64,000 nucleotides of DNA from Verrucomicrobiota bacterium (GTDB taxonomy: Bacteria; Verrucomicrobiota; Verrucomicrobiia; Chthoniobacterales; SZAS-18), in NCBI GenBank assembly GCA_025353105.1, contig JANXRG010000059.1:2383-66382 (forward strand), written 5' to 3'. The notes below the pieces were generated by a model. That model was not told the DNA's origin, did not search any database, and saw only the letters and a list, made by a program, of their open reading frames with translations. Shown piece by piece: positions 49,687 through 59,955 of this stretch. The position numbers were made by a program, and so were the translations under genes. Numbering within the stretch: the stretch's first letter is position 1; every line of letters starts with the position of its first letter.

Positions 49687-51066
49687 CTAGTCCCGCCGAT
49701 GCAGCGTGACGTGCAGGCCGTGCTTCGGGCGGAGCGTGATCGCGGGCAGCATCTCGACGGGGCGATCCGGCAAGAGGGAGGCCCGCCAGTGCTGCGCAAG
49801 GGTCGCGAGTACGAGGACGCCTTCCATCCAGGCGAACGCCTCGCCGGCGCATTGTCGCGGTCCGGCGCCGAACGGAAAATAGCTGAGCTTCGGCCGCGCG
49901 CTCACCGCCGCCGGCAACCAGCGGTCGGGATCAAACTTTTCCGGCTCGGGGAAATATTCCGGCAGGCGATGAATCAAATACTGCGGCGTGAGCAGGATCG
50001 ACTTCGCCGGAATCCGATAACAGGTGATTTCCAAATCCTCCATGGCGGTGCGGCCGATGATCCAGGCGGGCGGATACAGCCGCATTGATTCGGTGAGCAC
50101 ACGTTCGGTGTACGAAAGTCTGCGGTAATCCTCGAATTTTGGCGGGGTCCCCGCCAGTACGGAGTCCAACTCAGCGTGGAGGCGGGCCTCGATTTCCGGA
50201 TGTTGCGCGAGCAGATACCAGGTCCACGTCAGGGCATTTGCGGTTGTCTCGTGGCCGGCGAGAAAAAGCGTCATGGCCTCGTCGCGCACCTGCTGGTCGG
50301 TCATGCCCGGTCCGCCGTCCTCGTCACGCGCGAGCAACAGCATCGAGAGGAGATCGCCGTGGTCGCGCCCGGACGCGCGGCGCTCGCGGATCATCGTGGC
50401 GACTGCGTGTTCGAGGTGAAAGCGCGCGCGCCAGTAGCGGAGCGTGCCGGGGAGCGGGAGGTAATTGAGCAGCGCGGCGAACGGCGAGAGCATGCGGTTC
50501 ATCAGCGACATGATGTCGTGCATCGCCTGGCCGATCTCCGTGGCCTGGCCGCGCAGGTCCGTGCTGAAAAGCGTGCGACCCACGATGTCGAGCGTGAGGG
50601 TCATCATCTCGTGAGAGATGTCGATTTGCGCGCCATCCCGCCAGGTCGATGCGGCGCGCTGGGCCGCCTCGATCATCTGCCGGGCGTAACCGGGCAGGCG
50701 CTCGCGATGAAACGCGGGGTTCACAAGCCGGCGTTGCCGTCGATGGAAGTCCTCCTCGCTCGTGAGCAGGCCCTCGCCAAGCAGAATCTTGGCGCGCTGG
50801 AGCGCGCGCCCCTTGTGCATGCGATCGTGGTTCGTGACGAGGATTTCACGCACCGCATCCGGCGAGGTAAAGAGGAAGAACGGCAGCTTGCCAACGCGGA
50901 ACTGCGAGACGGGCCCGTAGTCCCGCGCCAGCCGCGTGAGAAAGGTCAATGGATCGCGCCGCAGCGCGATGACCTCGCGGAAACTGCCCAGGGAGCGCGG
51001 CCCGGGAATCGGCCGCTCGGCCGGCGGTGGAACGATGGACGGGACTTCGGGCATGATGGCGCTCAT
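49687..51066 (-). CDS. Cytochrome P450
   Basis: AGHETT, ESMR, F.PDRW, FGAGPRQCAG heme motif. Confidence 0.97.
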   Translation of the reverse strand: MSAIMPEVPSIVPPPAERPIPGPRSLGSFREVIALRRDPLTFLTRLARDYGPVSQFRVGKLPFFLFTSPDAVREILVTNHDRMHKGRALQRAKILLGEGLLTSEEDFHRRQRRLVNPAFHRERLPGYARQMIEAAQRAASTWRDGAQIDISHEMMTLTLDIVGRTLFSTDLRGQATEIGQAMHDIMSLMNRMLSPFAALLNYLPLPGTLRYWRARFHLEHAVATMIRERRASGRDHGDLLSMLLLARDEDGGPGMTDQQVRDEAMTLFLAGHETTANALTWTWYLLAQHPEIEARLHAELDSVLAGTPPKFEDYRRLSYTERVLTESMRLYPPAWIIGRTAMEDLEITCYRIPAKSILLTPQYLIHRLPEYFPEPEKFDPDRWLPAAVSARPKLSYFPFGAGPRQCAGEAFAWMEGVLVLATLAQHWRASLLPDRPVEMLPAITLRPKHGLHVTLHRRD

Positions 51067-51106
51067 TCTATCCAGGACGGACACGACGTCATCCAGGTGA
51101 CACGTC

Positions 51107-51212
51107 GCGCGGCGTGACCGCGCTCCGAAACTCGAGGGTTCAAACTCGAAATTGCCCTTTGATCTCGAAAAGAAGTTTTAAAGGGCTATCTCGTTTCGCT
51201 TGGTTCGAAGAA
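51107..51212 (+). repeat. Island repeat copy A (hairpin + heptad tract + extension)
   Basis: 51121-51212 aligns with 52339-52429. Confidence 0.8.
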
Positions 51213-51271
51213 AAGTGGGAAAGTCGGAAATCCGAAACCAAGATGTCGAATGCCGAAGGAAAAACGTGGTT

Positions 51272-51364
51272 TCACGCCGAGGCGCAGAGTCGCGGAGAGA
51301 TTCGAAGCGAAGCAGTCTGTTCATTCAATCGTCAATCCCTCTACGTCCCTGCGCCTCTGCGTGA
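51272..51364. repeat. Imperfect 26-bp inverted repeat (REP-like)
   Basis: TCACGCCGAGGCGCAGAG... / ...CCCTGCGCCTCTGCGTGA. Confidence 0.7.
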
Positions 51365-51471
51365 GAAATCTGCCCCGGCTGGCGGCGGGAAGCTTGTCGT
51401 GGCTCCAAGTTCTGCTTTGGCTTGGTGTCCTTGGTGGTAAATTTCATGCACTGATCCATTCGTACAACGCG

Positions 51472-52194
51472 ATGCAACAACTGCGCAAAATGAAGGTCGT
51501 GTTTTTCGATGCGGCGGAGACCTTGATGTTTCTGCCGCGTCCGGTCGGCGAGCATTACGCCGAAGTGGCGGGGCGCTTTGGGCTCACGCTTGAATCCGCC
51601 GCGTTGGATCGCGCGTTTCGGGCCGCGTGGAAGGCGATGCCGCCGCGCATGATGACTGGGGACGGCGGTCCGCAGCCGGATGACGACAAAGGCTGGTGGC
51701 GCGAGCTCGTTCGACTGGTCTTCCACGGGGACGGACCATCGGGAGTCCATGGCGTACTAACGGAGACGGTCGCGCAAGGTCATAAATCAGCCTTCGACTT
51801 CGAGAAATACTTCGACGTCATCTACGATCATTTTGCCGAACCCGGGGTATGGCACGCCTTTCCGGACGTGGCGGACGTATTGGAAAAATTGCGCGCCCAG
51901 GGATTGCGTCTTGGCGTGATCTCAAATTTCGATCGACGGCTGTTTGCGAACCTTGAGGACATCGGGCTCGCGTCGTATTTCGATCACATCACGATTTCGA
52001 GTGAGGTGGGGGCCGACAAGCCGCACGCGCGGATCTTTGAGCGTGCGCTGGGGGCGTTCGGAGTCGCGCCGGATGAGGCCATGCACGTGGGCGACGACCC
52101 CGTGCGCGATTGGGCCGGGGCGGAAGCAGTCGGGCTGCGGGTATTCCGCCTGGAACGTCCAAGAAATGACCTGCGCGCGCTATTGATCGACTAA
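51472..52194 (+). CDS. HAD-IA family hydrolase
   Basis: FFDAAETL, VISNFD, KP...IF, HVGD....D..GA. Confidence 0.92.
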   Translation: MQQLRKMKVVFFDAAETLMFLPRPVGEHYAEVAGRFGLTLESAALDRAFRAAWKAMPPRMMTGDGGPQPDDDKGWWRELVRLVFHGDGPSGVHGVLTETVAQGHKSAFDFEKYFDVIYDHFAEPGVWHAFPDVADVLEKLRAQGLRLGVISNFDRRLFANLEDIGLASYFDHITISSEVGADKPHARIFERALGAFGVAPDEAMHVGDDPVRDWAGAEAVGLRVFRLERPRNDLRALLID

Positions 52195-52245
52195 AACGAA
52201 CTTGCACGCAGGGGTGGTCTGGCCTACGCATTTCTTCCCCATTTC

Positions 52246-52317
<72 letters not shown>

Positions 52318-52429
52318 CGGCGTCGCGGCGCCCGGTGCCGCTCCGAAGCTCGAAGGTTCAAACTCGAAATTGCCTTTTTCTCTCCGGGGATTGCTTGAAA
52401 GGCTATCTCGCTTCGCTCGGTTCGAAGAA
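52318..52429 (+). repeat. Island repeat copy B, directly after tRNA copy 1
   Basis: CGCGGCGCCCGGTGCCGCTCCGAAGCTCGAAGGTTCAAACTCGAAATTGCC...GGCTATCTCG.TTCGCT.GGTTCGAAGAA. Confidence 0.85.
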
Positions 52430-52535
52430 CGCCGAAAAACGGGGCAAACAAAAACGCGAAGTTGAATCCGGCTTGATTCGGCGGGGGCATCGATCGGGTC
52501 GCTTTGTGGCCCTCGCGCGAGTTCCAGTCGTGAGG

Positions 52536-52955
52536 TCAATTTTCCGGCATCAGCACCGGAATGACTCGGTTGCCGTGGCGGCGGTAAAAGCGGAAGTCTC
52601 CATCAAGCGTGAAAACCGTACCCCCGGGGAGTACCTCCGCCAGGCGGACCAGGCACGCATCGGCGAGCGACATCGGCCGGTCCCGGTAGCGCAGCATGAG
52701 CGCACGGATATCCGCCAACTGATCGGTGACTTGCAGGGCCACCCGCACGATTCCCCGCTCCAGTAGAGCAAACAGCGCGTCAGTCTCCCGGCCTTCGCGT
52801 TTCAAGAGGAAAGCTGCCTCCGCGAGCACCGGCTCGCAAGTCAGCAGCGGTGGGCTGAGTCGCTTCCACTGCTCATGGACCCAGTGTTGATGAACGAGGC
52901 CGGCCGCGAGAAAGGTCACCAGCGGCCCTGTGTCCAGCAGCATCGGGCCCTTCAT
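52536..52955 (-). CDS. vapC: PIN-domain toxin
   Basis: LLDTGPL, VL.E, MSLADACLV, FTLD.DF..YR; ATGA overlap with the antitoxin. Confidence 0.92.
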   Translation of the reverse strand: MKGPMLLDTGPLVTFLAAGLVHQHWVHEQWKRLSPPLLTCEPVLAEAAFLLKREGRETDALFALLERGIVRVALQVTDQLADIRALMLRYRDRPMSLADACLVRLAEVLPGGTVFTLDGDFRFYRRHGNRVIPVLMPEN

Positions 52956-53194
52956 CGCCCGAGACCATCAAGATGCTTTGGATTTGTGGCCAGATCACGC
53001 GGCAGACCCCTCACCGATCCCGCCAGGTCCCTGGCCAAGCCATAGCACGAGGCTTCCTCTGCGATCCTGCTGGAGCCCAGGGTCTTCTCCAGACTTTCTC
53101 TCACGACGGAAGATTTCGTGGTGCGCCTCGCCCGGCTCTCCTTCTCCAGCCGTTCGTGCAAATGCTTTGGCAACTTAAGGGAAATGGTGCGCAT
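52952..53194 (-). CDS. CopG/RHH antitoxin
   Basis: MRTISLKLP..L...L.....R..TKS.VVRE.L; P.DLATNPKHL.G.G tail. Confidence 0.88.
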   Translation of the reverse strand: MRTISLKLPKHLHERLEKESRARRTTKSSVVRESLEKTLGSSRIAEEASCYGLARDLAGSVRGLPRDLATNPKHLDGLGR

Positions 53195-53439
53195 ACCCGG
53201 AACGTAATACCGTCCACGCTGACGGGAAATACGCATTTGCAAAGGCAATAAAAGGACCCGTCCCTTGGTTGCCCCCTGGACTTGTCGATTTCGTTTTGCT
53301 CTCCTTCTTTTGAGCAAAACTCCGGTTTCAATCCGTCCCACTTTCGGGGGCCGGGTCATGGGACGGGCATCCACTATGCCGCGACTCAGTCGGTTAGCTC
53401 TTCGAGGTCCGTCTAAAATACCTGTCCCTTTGCGGCCCC

Positions 53440-53511
<72 letters not shown>

Positions 53512-53605
53512 AGGCGTCGCGGCGCGCGGCGCGCGGGGACTACGATGGGACTGGTCATTTGTGGATACGCACTTGCGATGAGTACGTTCGAGACGACGAT
53601 TCCGT

Positions 53606-54010
53606 GTGCCAGAATTCTCCAAAAGAGACGAAGCCGAGATCGCTGCGACGGCCAAGCTGCGCACGGATTTGGAGGGCGAGACCAATGATCGGCTACGCTA
53701 CCGAATTGCTCAAATGACAAGTGCGCCGGGCAACGCCGTGATTGCCACGGAGGTTCTTCAAGAGCGATTGACCAAGGAAGCATTTGCCAAACAGGCGGAG
53801 ATCGCAAACACGGGCTTTGCCCAGCAAAAAGAGATCGCTCGAAGGGGTCAGCGACTCCAGTGGATTATCCTTTGGGTGACGCTCGCTACGCTCGCAGTGA
53901 CTATCCTCGCATGGTGGTATTCGGATGCGCGGGATAGAATGATCAAGTCTCTGAAAGACAGTCCCAATACTCAGCAGGCGACACCGCAGCCCTCGTCTGC
54001 GCCGAAATAG
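53606..54010 (+). CDS. Hypothetical single-TM helical protein
   Basis: Helical N-terminal part followed by WIILWVTLATLAVTILAWWY; start uncertain. Confidence 0.6.
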   Translation: MPEFSKRDEAEIAATAKLRTDLEGETNDRLRYRIAQMTSAPGNAVIATEVLQERLTKEAFAKQAEIANTGFAQQKEIARRGQRLQWIILWVTLATLAVTILAWWYSDARDRMIKSLKDSPNTQQATPQPSSAPK

Positions 54011-54117
54011 GAGTCGAGTTACTAACCGCTCGGTGGACGATTAAGGCACAGATTCGAGAAGGCATAAATAACCTGTCCCTTAGTGTCCTAACCTGAAAGG
54101 TGGTTTCACATCTCGGA

Positions 54118-54185
54118 CGACCCATGGCATCGCGGCGCGCGACGCCGCTCCGAAACTCGAAGGTTCAAATTCGAAGCTCGAAGAA
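54118..54185 (+). repeat. tRNA 3'-end remnant (CGACCCA) plus island repeat copy C
   Basis: Aligns with 52311-52369; 6 mismatches in the 46-nt core. Confidence 0.8.
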
Positions 54186-54344
54186 ACGGCCGAAGGTTCG
54201 ACAAGATCCAAACGACTCGTCGCGGTGGGGTTCGTCCATTTGTGATAGGTCTGCGATACGCGCGAGACGATTTTCCGAGAATTCGAGCCGGCTGACGTCT
54301 GCCCCGTCCGGTAAGTCGCCTGGCTGACTCCGCGCTGGACTCAT

Positions 54345-55058
54345 TTGTGGCGAGGGCGTACGCGTGAAGCCGTGGACCCCAACTGTCTTCGCACCAATAA
54401 TCCGTTTCTTCCGTCGCTGGCTTCGGTCAGCGCGGAAATTCGGCCCAACGTGGACGCCATCATTGAGCTGGTGCCGGTTCTCGCCGTTTCCCTGATGGAG
54501 TTCGCGCGTTATTACGCCGGCGTGCTGGTGAACCAGTACAACAAGCGTACGTCGGACCAAAATTCCCAGTACGTGGTTCTTTGCATTCTTGACGTCCAGC
54601 TCAACCAGTTGTTTGGGCATTTCCGGCAGGCCGTGCAGGATGATGCCGTGGCCGCCAGACTGGTCGGCGCGGTCTTGTATCAGGCGCTCGGCAAGACCCC
54701 ACATTGCGACGACCAAAGCATCTTCCTGGGACTGAGCTACAAGTTGCGCGGTTCGGAGAAATATGCCGCCGCCGCGAGAATTTTTCCCAGCGGCCACGAA
54801 CCGGTCGGCGCGACCTTCGGCCGGGAATTCGCGCAGTTGATTTATGGGCGGACGTCCAATGACGTCGTGATGCTCGGGACGTCAAAATTGATGGCGATTG
54901 GCCTCTACACCGAGGCGAACATTCGGGGGATCCTGTTTGGCGAGGAGTTTACCGACGAGGATCGCGCCCGCGTCGAGGCCCGGTGCGCGGACCATGACCA
55001 AAAGACGAATCGCGAGGTTCAGGAATATTGGCGCAGAAATCCCACGTCAGGTTTGTGA
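54345..55058 (+). CDS. Hypothetical protein
   Basis: 237-aa ORF with protein-like composition; no family recognised; start uncertain. Confidence 0.6.
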   Translation: MWRGRTREAVDPNCLRTNNPFLPSLASVSAEIRPNVDAIIELVPVLAVSLMEFARYYAGVLVNQYNKRTSDQNSQYVVLCILDVQLNQLFGHFRQAVQDDAVAARLVGAVLYQALGKTPHCDDQSIFLGLSYKLRGSEKYAAAARIFPSGHEPVGATFGREFAQLIYGRTSNDVVMLGTSKLMAIGLYTEANIRGILFGEEFTDEDRARVEARCADHDQKTNREVQEYWRRNPTSGL

Positions 55059-55104
55059 GACGCCGCGTCTGCAAAAATGGCCTACCCGCATGTGCGCGGC
55101 CGCG

Positions 55105-55349
55105 CTCACGGCTTGATCCACGGTTTGATCGGATTCGGTGTCGTAGCCTTGGATGACGACTCAATCCGCTTCAGCTTGGCAATGCGCGCCTGGAATTCCT
55201 GCGTGATCCACGCATCTCAGATCCCGGACGGGATCGTAATGGTGTGCGCCTTGATTGGGGGAGGGGCCGGCTCTTCGGCGCTGGTCTCGACGTGGGGCAA
55301 AAGCTCCGCCAGCTTGCTCGATGGAATCAGCCCCGACGTCGCCAGCGCC
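55105..55349 (-). pseudogene. Duplicated 3' half of hypothetical gene 58079..58522, with a nonsense codon
   Basis: 245-bp ungapped direct repeat of 58078-58322 (about 90% identical); TGG>TGA at 55217-55219. Confidence 0.9.
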
Positions 55350-55640
55350 TGGACCTGGCTCTTCTCGTCACAACAAAAGACGATGGCGTGCTCGGGTGGG
55401 CTCACATAGAGGCCGATGATCTCTTCGAGCTTCTCGGCGAAGTGCGGATCGTTGGAAAGCTGGAAGGTCTTGACCAAGTGAGGCTTCAACCCATGCGAGC
55501 GCCAGCTGCGGCCCACGCTTGCCTGGCTGGTGCCCACCGCCTGCGCCCGGTGGGCGCTGCTGCAAAGTCATTTTCACGACCCGTGCCTTCTTGGCTTTGC
55601 CGATGCTCGGCAAACGGCCCGCACGGGTCGGCCAATCCTC
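55350..55640 (-). mobile_element. IS630-family transposase internal remnant
   Basis: [44 protein letters not shown]; upstream GR.P.I...V..TL...P in another frame. Confidence 0.9.
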
Positions 55641-55822
55641 TGCCGCTGAATTTCCTCCTGGTTCCCTTCTGCTTGTTCCTCTTGATCACGAGAACAAGCT
55701 TTCAAAAATGAAGATTGAAGCATCGAGAACTTCTTACCCCTATTTTGCCGGCGGAAATCGAAGTGGCGACAAGATCTCACTAATCAGCGTCGATTATTTT
55801 GTCCTAACCCGGATCGGGACGT

Positions 55823-57691
55823 TCACGTATTGGCACGTTCAAACTGGGCAAAACGTTTTTTGGCTTCCGCGACGAGGTCTTGGTAACGCGGATCGTCGCG
55901 AATGGGATCGAGGGAAGTATCGGTCTCAAACCACCGAAGCTGTTGCGACTTGGCCTCGGCAAACACCGGGGCCAGCAGTTCGAGGGCTTCGTTGTTCTGC
56001 CCCAATCGAACCAGCGAGCAAGCCAGGTTGTAGCGGAGATTGACATTGTCCGGATCTAGGAGAAGGGCGCGATCGATCCATTCCTTGACCCTTTCGACCT
56101 CACCAAGAGTCGCCAGGGCGGTGACGCCGAAGCCCATGGCAACGCCGTGGTCCGGTTCGGCGACAATGACCCTCTCCACCCGTTCAAGCGTACGCCGGGC
56201 CGCCGACTCCGCCCCTTCGGTGCCTCCCTTTGCCTCGTGGCATTGAATACTCATGCCTAGGGCCCAAAAATCCGTCTCGCTTGCCACGGCGGCGCGCTCA
56301 AGGCATCCGATGGCTTCGTCGTAACGCTTGAGTGCAATGAAGCAACGTGCGGCGGCGGCATTGACCTCGTAATTGTCGGGATCGAGCTGCAAGGCGATCT
56401 GGTGTTCCGCGAGCCCTTCGGAAAATCGCCCGTCGTCGCTGAGGATTCGGCCCTTGGCCGCGTGCGCCTCGGCGAGATTTGGTTCGAGCGCGAGCGCCCG
56501 CTCCGCCGCCGACCAGCCCGTATCGCCGAAACCGCGCGCGAGAATCACGTTGTTTGATTTGCAGATCGCGAGCAGCGCCCAGGCCCGGGCGTAGGCGGCG
56601 TCGATTTCGATCGCGCGTTCGCAGAGCCGGATGCTGATCGGACGGTGACGCGTGTTTCCGGTCGTGTTGTATTTCCGCGCCATCAGGTAGAGTTTGTACG
56701 CTTCCGGATTCGTGGTGGAACGCTGCTCAATCGCAATTTTTTCCGCGGGCAACAATTTTAGCTTCAGCGCCTTGACGACCGCCTCCGAGATTTCGTCCTG
56801 CAAGGCAAAGATGTCATTCAAGTCGCGGTCGTAACGCTCGGCCCAGAGGTGGCTGTCGGTCGCCGCCTCGATCAACTGCGCCGTGACCCGCACCCGGTTG
56901 CCGGACTTGCGCACGCTTCCTTCCAGCACATGGGTGACCTTCAACTCGCGCGCCACCTGCCCGATGGCGATCGGTTTCGCCTTGAAGGTGAACGAAGTAT
57001 TGCGCGACAGGACCGTGAGCGCGGAGATCTTGCTCAAATCGGTGATGATGTCCTCGGTGATGCCGTCGCTGAAATATTCCTGTTCCGGATCCCCGCTCAT
57101 GTTGGTGAAGGGCAGAACGAAGATCGAAGGACCCTGGTGGCGGGAGGCGGCGGCGGGGGTCGATGGCGCGTCCCCCAAGGTCGCCGCGCGCAGTGCAAAC
57201 ACGCGGACGGGTCGCTCGATATTCTTGACGTTGTGCTCGCCGAGATCCTCAAATTCGACCGCAACCTTGCCGGCGACCTGATCGCGCACGACGCGCGACG
57301 TGGCAACCCCGCCGGGGGAGGCCAGCGACTGCAACCGCGTCGCGACGTTGACGCCGTCGCCGTAGATGTCGTCGCCTTCGACCATGACTTCACCGAGGTT
57401 GATCCCGATGCGATAGCGAATGCGCCCGGTCCCGCCGGGATCGGGCGCGGCCTCTGTCGCTTCTTGAATCTCCTGCGCGCATTTGATCGCGGAGACGATG
57501 CTGGCGAATTCCACCAGCGCGCCATCCCCCAACAGTTTGAAGATGCGACCCCCGTGCGCTGCGACCCGCGGATCGAAAATTGTCCGGCGGTTTGCTTGTA
57601 ACCGTTCCAGCGTGCCAGCCTCGTCGCGCTCCATGAGGGCGCTGTATCCGACCACGTCGGCCGAAACGATGACTGTAAGCTTCCGTTGCAT
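55823..57691 (-). CDS. Class III adenylate/guanylate cyclase with TolB-like and TPR domains
   Basis: RKL..I..ADVVGYS.LM, GDG.L.EF, RIGINLG, GDGVNVA.RL, LPF.NMS.DPEQEYFSDGITED, TPR repeats. Confidence 0.93.
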   Translation of the reverse strand: MQRKLTVIVSADVVGYSALMERDEAGTLERLQANRRTIFDPRVAAHGGRIFKLLGDGALVEFASIVSAIKCAQEIQEATEAAPDPGGTGRIRYRIGINLGEVMVEGDDIYGDGVNVATRLQSLASPGGVATSRVVRDQVAGKVAVEFEDLGEHNVKNIERPVRVFALRAATLGDAPSTPAAASRHQGPSIFVLPFTNMSGDPEQEYFSDGITEDIITDLSKISALTVLSRNTSFTFKAKPIAIGQVARELKVTHVLEGSVRKSGNRVRVTAQLIEAATDSHLWAERYDRDLNDIFALQDEISEAVVKALKLKLLPAEKIAIEQRSTTNPEAYKLYLMARKYNTTGNTRHRPISIRLCERAIEIDAAYARAWALLAICKSNNVILARGFGDTGWSAAERALALEPNLAEAHAAKGRILSDDGRFSEGLAEHQIALQLDPDNYEVNAAAARCFIALKRYDEAIGCLERAAVASETDFWALGMSIQCHEAKGGTEGAESAARRTLERVERVIVAEPDHGVAMGFGVTALATLGEVERVKEWIDRALLLDPDNVNLRYNLACSLVRLGQNNEALELLAPVFAEAKSQQLRWFETDTSLDPIRDDPRYQDLVAEAKKRFAQFERANT

Positions 57692-58078
57692 TAGTTTGGG
57701 CGATTACCTGGCTAGCGGCGGGACAAGCACCGCGACGGGGACGACCAGAAAAATCGGACAGCGTCGCTCCAGACGCAAGATCTTACGTTCTAAAGCGTCC
57801 CGAAGAATTGGTTGCGCCGATGCAAACCTGAACGCCATCGACCCGCTCTTTTCCCCCGCCGCCGCCGGCGCGCTTTCCCTGGAAGAGCAGCTTGAGACCC
57901 TGCGAATCCCGCTCCTGCCGCATGGGAGCCAATTGTAAATCGTCCGCCGCGAGAAAACACGCCACGCTGCCAACGGCTTTTATGCACAGCGACGGACGTG
58001 GTGTCAGGACAAAATATCGTCTACTTGAACCAGGGAGAGGACGGCGATCAGCGACGAGTCAGGTCGTTCGCTTTGTTC

Positions 58079-58522
58079 TCACGGCTTGATCCACGGTTTG
58101 ATCTGATTCGGTGTCGTCGCTTTGGATGGCGACTCAATCCGCTCCAGCTTGGCAATGCGCGCCTGGAATTCCTGCGTAACCCGCACATCCCAGATCCCGG
58201 ACGGGATCGTAATGGTGTGCGCCTTGGTCGGAGGCGGTGCCGGCTCTTCGGCGCTGGTCTCGACGTGGGGCAAAACCTCCGCCAGCTTGCTCGATGGAAC
58301 CGTCGCCGACGTCGCCAGCGCCATGATTTCCTCGCCGAGGTCGCGCAATTGCTCGGGAAGCAGTCGGACAAAATATTCATCCCGGCCCTTCTCGCGGACT
58401 TCGAACCCACCTTCGATCGGTATAATGGCAAAGATCTGACGGTCTTCCAAGGCCGCCAAGGCGGAGAGATATTCAAGGCCAGGCGTAGAATCGCCGGATT
58501 GCGATACAGATTCGTGACTCAT
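58079..58522 (-). CDS. Hypothetical protein
   Basis: 147-aa ORF; a degenerate duplicate exists at 55105-55349. Confidence 0.65.
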   Translation of the reverse strand: MSHESVSQSGDSTPGLEYLSALAALEDRQIFAIIPIEGGFEVREKGRDEYFVRLLPEQLRDLGEEIMALATSATVPSSKLAEVLPHVETSAEEPAPPPTKAHTITIPSGIWDVRVTQEFQARIAKLERIESPSKATTPNQIKPWIKP

Positions 58523-58576
58523 CGTTTGTCTTTTTTCGGTGAAACTTGTGATGTGGATTCGGGGACGGGTTTGAAG

Positions 58577-58653
58577 TAACCGCAGATTAACGCAGATTGG
58601 AGTCGGCTCGGAGTAACCACGAACGAACACGAATTAACGCAAATGAACTCAGG
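58577..58653 (+). repeat. Tract with about 10-nt periodicity (TAACGCAGAT / AACACGAAT type)
   Basis: TAACCGCAGAT TAACGCAGAT ... TAACCACGAAC GAACACGAAT TAACGCAAAT. Confidence 0.65.
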
Positions 58654-59336
58654 GACTGCGGATCGCAGGAGACTTGCGCAGTGGCCCGGCTTTCCTGGGG
58701 ATTCGATGACTTCGACGTTGAGGCGGGGCGGGAAATAATTTTTGAAGGATTCGCTCATCGGATCAGGCTTAGAAAGGTGGTGTTGCAAAGTGTGACAAAA
58801 AAGCGCTGCGGGCAGCCGCGGCGCGTTGCTCAAGATCCGTGTAAAGCCAACCGCATTCCAAGTGCCACAGATAAAATTCCCGGCGGAGAAATTCTGTCTG
58901 TAAGGTTTGTTCAAATTTTGCGTACGCGAGGTGAAACGCGGGAGGGAGTCGCCGACGACAACCGCCGCGACCACGCCGTTTGCGCGTGGCACCCGCCACA
59001 GAAGCCGTCGCGGGCAGGTTGGCAGCGTATTGCCGACACGCGGGGATCACCTCCTGGGAAGCTTTTGGTTCCACTGCGCGCGGTAAGCCAGGCGGGCCAG
59101 CGATGTGGATTTGCGGGCACCTTTTTCCCGAAATCCCGGCCTGCGTTTCTTTACGATGGAGGGGGAGTGGCCGCAATCCTGGGCGCGCCCGTCCACGTTT
59201 TGACCCGCGACTCAGCGGAGCAGATGTCGAACCCATACCGGCGCGCGTCGATCCTCGTCGACGCGAAGGTGATCTATCGTTGCTTAAGCCGCGTCAAAGA
59301 CTCAAGACGCCCAGCTGCACGACGTGCTGGAGCCGC

Positions 59337-59382
59337 CGCGGCGCGCAGCGCCGCTCCGACACTCGAAGATCGAAATGCGAAG
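59337..59382 (+). repeat. Island repeat copy E (right end of island)
   Basis: CGCGGCGCGCAGCGCCGCTCCGACACTCGAAGATCGAAATGCGAAG; 39/46 identical to 54131-54176. Confidence 0.75.
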
Positions 59383-59530
59383 AAAGCTTAAGGCGTCGAG
59401 AAAGTCTGCGTGGAAAGGACCAAGGCGGAATATTGCCCACGCGGGGATTGCTCGAACGTAATCCCGGCCACTTATGCCAACTCTGCCTTGGCGTGCAATT
59501 CGAGACGAAGTACGAAATCCGGAAATCCGG

Positions 59531-59839
59531 TCAGCGGTAGTAGACGCGGCGATAGCTCACGTACCGAACCCCGTGGCGGTAACGCACCACCCGAACCGTG
59601 CGGTAGTGACGATGATGACGGTAGCCGTCGTTCCGATATTCACCGTTGTACGAACGGGCCTCGATGCGGTTGGGATCTACGACAACGGTCACCTGACTGA
59701 TGCGGAGGTCAGCGCCCGATGCGAGTAGAGCGGCGGTGCGATCGGCGGGTGTCGCGGGGACAACCGCTGCGGCGCCGTGGGAAGAAAGGGAAAAGCTGGC
59801 CGCGACAATTGCGAGCAGTGCAAACGGTAATTTTTTCAT
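59531..59839 (-). CDS. Small secreted Arg/Tyr/His-rich protein
   Basis: Signal peptide MKKLPFALLAIVAA; basic beta-rich tail. Confidence 0.7.
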   Translation of the reverse strand: MKKLPFALLAIVAASFSLSSHGAAAVVPATPADRTAALLASGADLRISQVTVVVDPNRIEARSYNGEYRNDGYRHHRHYRTVRVVRYRHGVRYVSYRRVYYR

Positions 59840-59955
59840 AGGATGGGATGGTGAGCCGGCCAGTGGGGCAAGCTCCCTTACAACGCGAAATCGTTCTCCC
59901 CGGGGTCGGCAGGTCTATAAAACGAAGCGATGTTGGAAATTGCAGTTTCACCCGC

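Noticed and set aside
51490..51530. HAD motif I DAAET instead of DxxGT
   Set aside because: The nucleophile Asp is intact, and this position varies within HAD-IA families.
53545..53606. Frameshifted N-terminal extension (MSTFETTI..) of ORF 53606..54010
   Set aside because: It needs a 1-nt indel and has no homology support.
57700..58070. Possible gene remnant between the cyclase and the hypothetical gene
   Set aside because: Short frames with stops; I could not assign any family.
59223..59391. Small ORF MSNPYRRASILVDAK... with a GGAG RBS
   Set aside because: Its 3' third is repeat copy E and no family is recognisable; unsupported.
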